Under the pieces are notes generated by a model. The model made no database searches. It was not told the origin of the DNA and saw nothing but the letters and a program-made list of their open reading frames with translations. Shown here one piece after another: positions 59,326 through 64,000 of a stretch of DNA of 64,000 bases (position 1 is its first letter; each line of letters opens with the position of its first letter). The DNA comes from a virus: the IMG/VR virus record IMGVR_UViG_3300049043_000244, positions 1 through 64,000 of that record. One strand, written 5' to 3'. A program made the translations under genes and the position numbers.

Positions 59326-60240
59326 AACTCACAGAATGCCAACTTCTTTAAGAAATTTTCGATACGCCATAAATCTACGAAGTGAGGGTTGTCCTGGTAT
59401 AGGACCCTAGACTTTCACATATTTCACAGTAACATAACCAGTCATACCATGGAGTCGTTGGGTCAAGTGCTGGATGCGGCTTGTTTGCGTGTAATTCTTT
59501 AAGTTTAAGGAGTTCAACCAATTCTGAAATTTCATTAGATATTTTATATTAAAGTTCTGTCAATTGTGATTTATCTTTAATTTCAATATAAATTGATGGA
59601 GCAGGATCATTCCAATGTTTAATGACTCCAGCTACGATAAAACAATTCGTAATTAAATATGTGAAAAATATTAATGTTCTTATTTGAGCAACATGATCGG
59701 ACTCTCTATCATTTTGCGAGGCTTCTCTCCAAGTGATTTTGCCCACATCCTCCACAATGGATTCCCCCAGAGATTTTTCTTTTTCTTCATCATAAATTGA
59801 TGGTCTTGATTTTACATAGATGAGTTCTTTCCATTGACTATTATAACACAATACTAATAAACGTTCGTTAGCATGAATTGAACAATCCCTATAATTAACA
59901 TCATTTTTACGTCGAACAAACAGTTCAATCGTAATATATTCTTTATCCTTAAAATACACCCAACCTTCAATGTCGTTTTTCCAAATCACATAATCATTAA
60001 CTTGCGGTTCATACATTATCCTTAACTGTAAGAGTATAATCTTTTTTCTTAAGTTTATGTTTGTAAATAAACTTATCCACATGAGCTGACACTCAAACCA
60101 ACAAACTCGATTATCTTTTCCCTCTTTTAGGTCAAGACGAATGGGAAAGGAAGAATATGGAAACTTTTCCGTTGTAGGAGCGATCATAGAGTTAAGTGGA
60201 GTGTTTCGTACTTTGAGTATAGACCAAAAAGAAATAAATG

Positions 60241-60942
60241 TCAATAGAATTTAAGGTTGAACTCTCCTTCTTTTTCCAAAATTGCAGAACAAGTGTCTAC
60301 AAAATCTCCACAACACATGTATTCAATTTTATCAAATTTACGGATATTTGCATGATGAATGTGTCCACAAATTACCCCTCGGAAATTTCCTTTTTGGCGA
60401 CAATAACTTGCAAGATCAGTCTCGTATTGATTGATATATCTTTTTCCACGAATAGTATTTTTCAAAGCATAAACCAATGAAAAACGAAAAATCTTTTCCA
60501 AAAACAAACTTAATGGTGTAATTAACTCGTATCCTTTATTAAATACTAATTGTTTCCAAGATCCAGAAGAAAATTCGGAATGTTGATCTCCGTGAGTGCA
60601 AAGATACTTATCACCATTTTTTGTTTTATATACATATTCTTCAATCATCTTGAAGTTTTTATGTTCAAATAAACAGTATCTTCTTAACATTCCTTCATGA
60701 TTCCCTGGAATGTATATAATCTCAACACCTTTTTTAGCAAGGTTCATAATTTGATGTACACACTCGGTATGTTCTTTTTTCCAATGTGTGTTGTATTTTT
60801 CCATGCAGTAGATATCAATAATATCTCCGACAAAAATTAGTTTTTTAGTTTTTATTTGTTTCAGAAATTTATTAAATTTCTTTACATTACATCTGGTAGT
60901 TCCGAGATGGACATCTGAAACAAAAACAGCATCGTAGGTCAT
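60241..60942 (-). CDS. LpxH-like metallophosphoesterase (UDP-2,3-diacylglucosamine hydrolase family)
   Basis: SDVHLG; VGDIID; PGNHE; THGD; ICGHIH; CGDFV. Confidence 0.8.
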   Translation of the reverse strand: MTYDAVFVSDVHLGTTRCNVKKFNKFLKQIKTKKLIFVGDIIDIYCMEKYNTHWKKEHTECVHQIMNLAKKGVEIIYIPGNHEGMLRRYCLFEHKNFKMIEEYVYKTKNGDKYLCTHGDQHSEFSSGSWKQLVFNKGYELITPLSLFLEKIFRFSLVYALKNTIRGKRYINQYETDLASYCRQKGNFRGVICGHIHHANIRKFDKIEYMCCGDFVDTCSAILEKEGEFNLKFY

Positions 60943-61227
60943 TTTATTTTTTACTAAAATACGGCTGTAACAACCACCTTAGCGTTTGGATTTCGTGCAA
61001 GAGCAACTTCTCTCGCACTCTTTATAATCTCCAGCTATCTTCTTCATAGAAAACTTTACCAGCAACATAAAGTTGAACTTTACATTTCATAATAATATCT
61101 CGGTCGTAACGGTTATTCATTTATTTGATAAACATACACCACTCATTGTATGTATAATAGGACGTTCTTTTGAAGGAAAAAACTGTTTTACGTTCTGGAT
61201 ATTTCGAACATTTTATTTTTAGATTTT

Positions 61228-61480
61228 TCAAAAAGAGCCATTTCCTAGTCGTTCAAAACAAACACTATTAAATTTTCCTTCTACGCCACGAAGAATCAGT
61301 TTTGTGTGAGAGGATTTTACAATTATTTGTTGAACATAATAAACTCCACCAGGAACTAAAAGGTCTTCGGGATCCGTGTTGTTTCCCCAATTAACTTGTT
61401 CTCTAGTGCATCCGGTAAATTTTACATAATCTCCTTCACGGATTTCTCCATAAGACAATTCGAGTTTACGAAGGTTTTTC
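61228..61480 (-). CDS. Hypothetical protein
   Basis: GCTREQVNWGNNTDP...HTKLILRGVEGKFNSVCFE. Confidence 0.55.
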
Positions 61481-62102
61481 ATTTTTTTGAAATTCTTTTT
61501 CAAGGTCTTTTAGGTTTCAGAGATCTCCTCCATATCAAATATTTTACAATCGGATTTGAAGGATTGTTTAAAAGCCGCCACTTTTTAATTTCGTATTGAT
61601 TTTTTATTAAGTTGGTGACATAATAAAAAACTTTAGCAATACTGTCATCTGTAATTATAAAGTATGCAAGTATTGCAAATACAAAAAGTAAGAAATGTTG
61701 GTGATTCATTTTAGTTCCAACGAAGAGACTTCAGATATTCCAACACAGTCTCTCGTACATCCATGAGTTCATGGTAACATCTTTGATCATGTGTTTGTTG
61801 TCTGAGATCATGATCTGGTTTATGTACAGCTTTCAACGAAAAGATCTAATCCACGATTCCATTTATCTTGTTTAGACTCTGCATCGTAAATGATGTACGG
61901 TTCTGTCATGAAACTTGCTCCAATTCTTCGATAGATGATACTGGTACTTCATGTTCTGCGATTCTATAGTAATGTTCACCCTCTCGTACACCAAGATATT
62001 CTATATCATCACAACGGTGTTCTCTTAACCAAGATTGAAGTCGTAAGTGCATCAACTCAGAATTATTTGGAACTTTCATATTAAATCACTAAACACTTAA
62101 TC

Positions 62103-62131
62103 ATTATAAGTTATTTAGCCCATTTTGTCAA
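62103..62131 (-). promoter_or_regulatory. Consensus sigma70 promoter with nested late motif
   Basis: TTGACA-N17-TATAAT with CTAAATA in the spacer. Confidence 0.75.
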
Positions 62132-62781
62132 GAGTGGAGAATAAGAGAATCAAACTCCCAATAAGTACTGCAAAACACCCATTGTATCGTTTAACTAATT
62201 CACGATAAAAAGTCCTAAGACTTTGCAGGAACAAATTCAACTTCAGTCTTCCATTTGAATCCAGGAGTATCCCAAGTTTGATTGTTATTAAAAATTTTAT
62301 GATTATTTTCTTTCTCTTCTTCAGTAATATCAGATTTTGAAGAAGGAACCAAGTCAGAAAAAGTATTACCAGAATAAATCTCATCAATTCTGGAACGTTC
62401 TGGATAATGTTTTAGAAGACTGTGGCAGATAACCTAACTTTTTCGGGAACACTTGGAATTTTTTTGACGTTCATTAAATCAATAAGAAACTCTCTAGTAG
62501 CAATTAGAGAGTTATGTTCTTGTTGTGGCAAAGTCATAACTTAACGAGAATATTGTTCTATTATGAATAATACTTCATTTAAGTATTTTTCGGCAATTTG
62601 TTTTCCTGATAATCACACCCCTCATTATATAAATCATTTTTTAACTTTAAAACTTTAATTTGCATTTCTTGTTTTGTCAATGCATTTCTTGGCATAATAA
62701 TTCCGCGACAACATATTTATAAATCATCGTGCGAGGATTTTTTACCGGAGAAATTTTCAAGGACAAAAATTAACCGAAAAT

Positions 62782-63997
62782 TTAATTTTGTAAAACCAGA
62801 GATTTATTATTCCACAAGTTTCCTAACTCTGGAAAAATTTTAGAAGTGTTTTCATTTCTAATCGAATCTAACGCAGAGCAATATTTTATAAACATCGGAA
62901 TTAAATGAGATTCGTCTTCAAGGTTTATATAATTAATCATACTTTCATAATCATTAATTGAAATTAAAGATCCGGAAGGAACTAAAAAATTTTTAATATG
63001 ATCATTTATTTTTTTACACAATTTTTGTTTTGTTTGATTGTCTAAAATTTGTAGGGACAAAAAATTAGGTTCATTTAAAAATTGCAATCTAAAGTCATCG
63101 ACATTTTTTAGTAATCCAGAATCAAATAACTTTCTTTGCGTATTCATTATATGAAATCCATTTAATGACTTGGACTGTAGATCCAATTGTATATTTTGCT
63201 TGGGGGCATTTTCTTTAATAAGGGTTAGGTTTTTTAAAAAAGTATTCCATTTCATTCCATTTCTGATTACTTCACCCCTTTTAGCATGTCCATCAAGACT
63301 AACTCCTATGATTATATTATTAAAGTTTTTCCAAATATCAAAAATATTTTTTCCTTTGTATTTAAGTGTACTTAAATTTGCAGACTGTAAACTATAGGAA
63401 TATTAGTTTTTTTAAACTCAATCAATTTATCCAAAATATAATAATGTTCATCCATTATTAATGGTTCACCACCAGCAAAATATATCTCCTCTACACTTTC
63501 AAATAAAGGATCTAATTCTCTTAACACATCAATCTTTTCGACTTTTCCCCCATTATAATTGACTCCAAGTAAAGTTTGATAGTCTTCATACCAAGAAGTC
63601 TACTTCACAGGCCACACATTCTACACTTGAAGTTACAAAAATTACTAAATCTAAAATCCCAATAAACTACATTTAATTTATTGACCGTTCCGTCATTTTT
63701 TGTTGTTTTTACAATATCAAAATGATGACTATATTTTCTGTTGATAAGTTGTCTAGGAGATTCTTGACCAACATCCTCGACGGCATAACAATGCCTACAA
63801 TTTGAGGACTTGACATTATTCAACATGTTAAGTCTAAGATTTTTTATTTTTTGAGAATTCCAAACCTCATACAAAGAAGATCCACTAAGAGACAATCCCA
63901 AAGGAGAAGAGTTGCAACAAGGCAGAACTTCTCCGTCTGGTTGAACACTCAAGTGAACCCAAGGAAACATGCAAAAAGTTTTTGAATTTTCAATCAT
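62782..63997 (-). CDS. Radical SAM protein with N-terminal SPASM/twitch-like domain (frameshifted)
   Basis: FCMFPW...PDGEVLPCC...NCRHC; FSNFCNFKCRMC (CxxxCxxC); YFAGGEPL; GVSLDG. Confidence 0.85.
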
Positions 63998-64000
63998 TTA

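Noticed and set aside
59549-60244. Single 231 aa protein (likewise ORFs 47493..47882 and 45912..46400)
   Set aside because: Internal starts such as MYEPQVNDYV and MPVEYQ indicate separate small genes fused by indels.
5912-63997. Mass pseudogenisation, programmed frameshifting or stop-codon recoding
   Set aside because: Essential genes (gp32, gp59, gp4, thyX) are broken by single-base indels rather than one recurring in-frame stop, and no suppressor tRNA is present; sequencing error is the simplest explanation.

Overview
A 64 kb segment of a T4-like (Kyanoviridae-type) cyanophage, almost entirely encoded on the minus strand. The cyanobacterial host is inferred from cp12, a DUF4278-like gene, glnA-type riboswitch motifs and an NtcA box. 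Most long genes are broken by single-base indels that look like uncorrected read errors, so gene boundaries below were stitched across frames by eye and are approximate. From left to right: (1) 1-5.9 kb, small early genes behind a repeated promoter element, plus a putative homing endonuclease; (2) 5.9-12.5 kb, a giant fibre gene with a C-terminal S74 chaperone; (3) 12.6-14.6 kb, a candidate sRNA, a Mom-like DNA-modification gene, a 2OG-Fe(II) oxygenase, tRNA-Thr and tRNA-Leu; (4) 14.6-33 kb, the baseplate/tail module (gp5, cp12, hub, two wall hydrolases, gp51, gp26, tube-like, gp4, gp2, gp48, an expanded gp53); (5) 33-40.5 kb, gp32, gp59, gp33, exonuclease, phoH, two glycosyltransferases and thyX; (6) 40.7-41.3 kb, a nitrogen-sensing cassette: NtcA box, sigma70 promoter, tandem glutamine-riboswitch-like aptamers (the second with a reading frame nested in its P2 loop), DUF4278 and a basic peptide; (7) 41.9-47 kb, epimerase, speD, glutaredoxin and HNH; (8) 47.9-59.3 kb, a modification cluster (carbamoyltransferase, amidinotransferase, DegT aminotransferase, four GT25-like paralogues, 2OG oxygenases) next to tail-collar genes and an RmlB-like gene; (9) an LpxH-like phosphoesterase and a radical SAM/SPASM gene. 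The two strongest candidates for an undescribed system are (6) and (8). All family assignments come from motif recognition, not from database searches.
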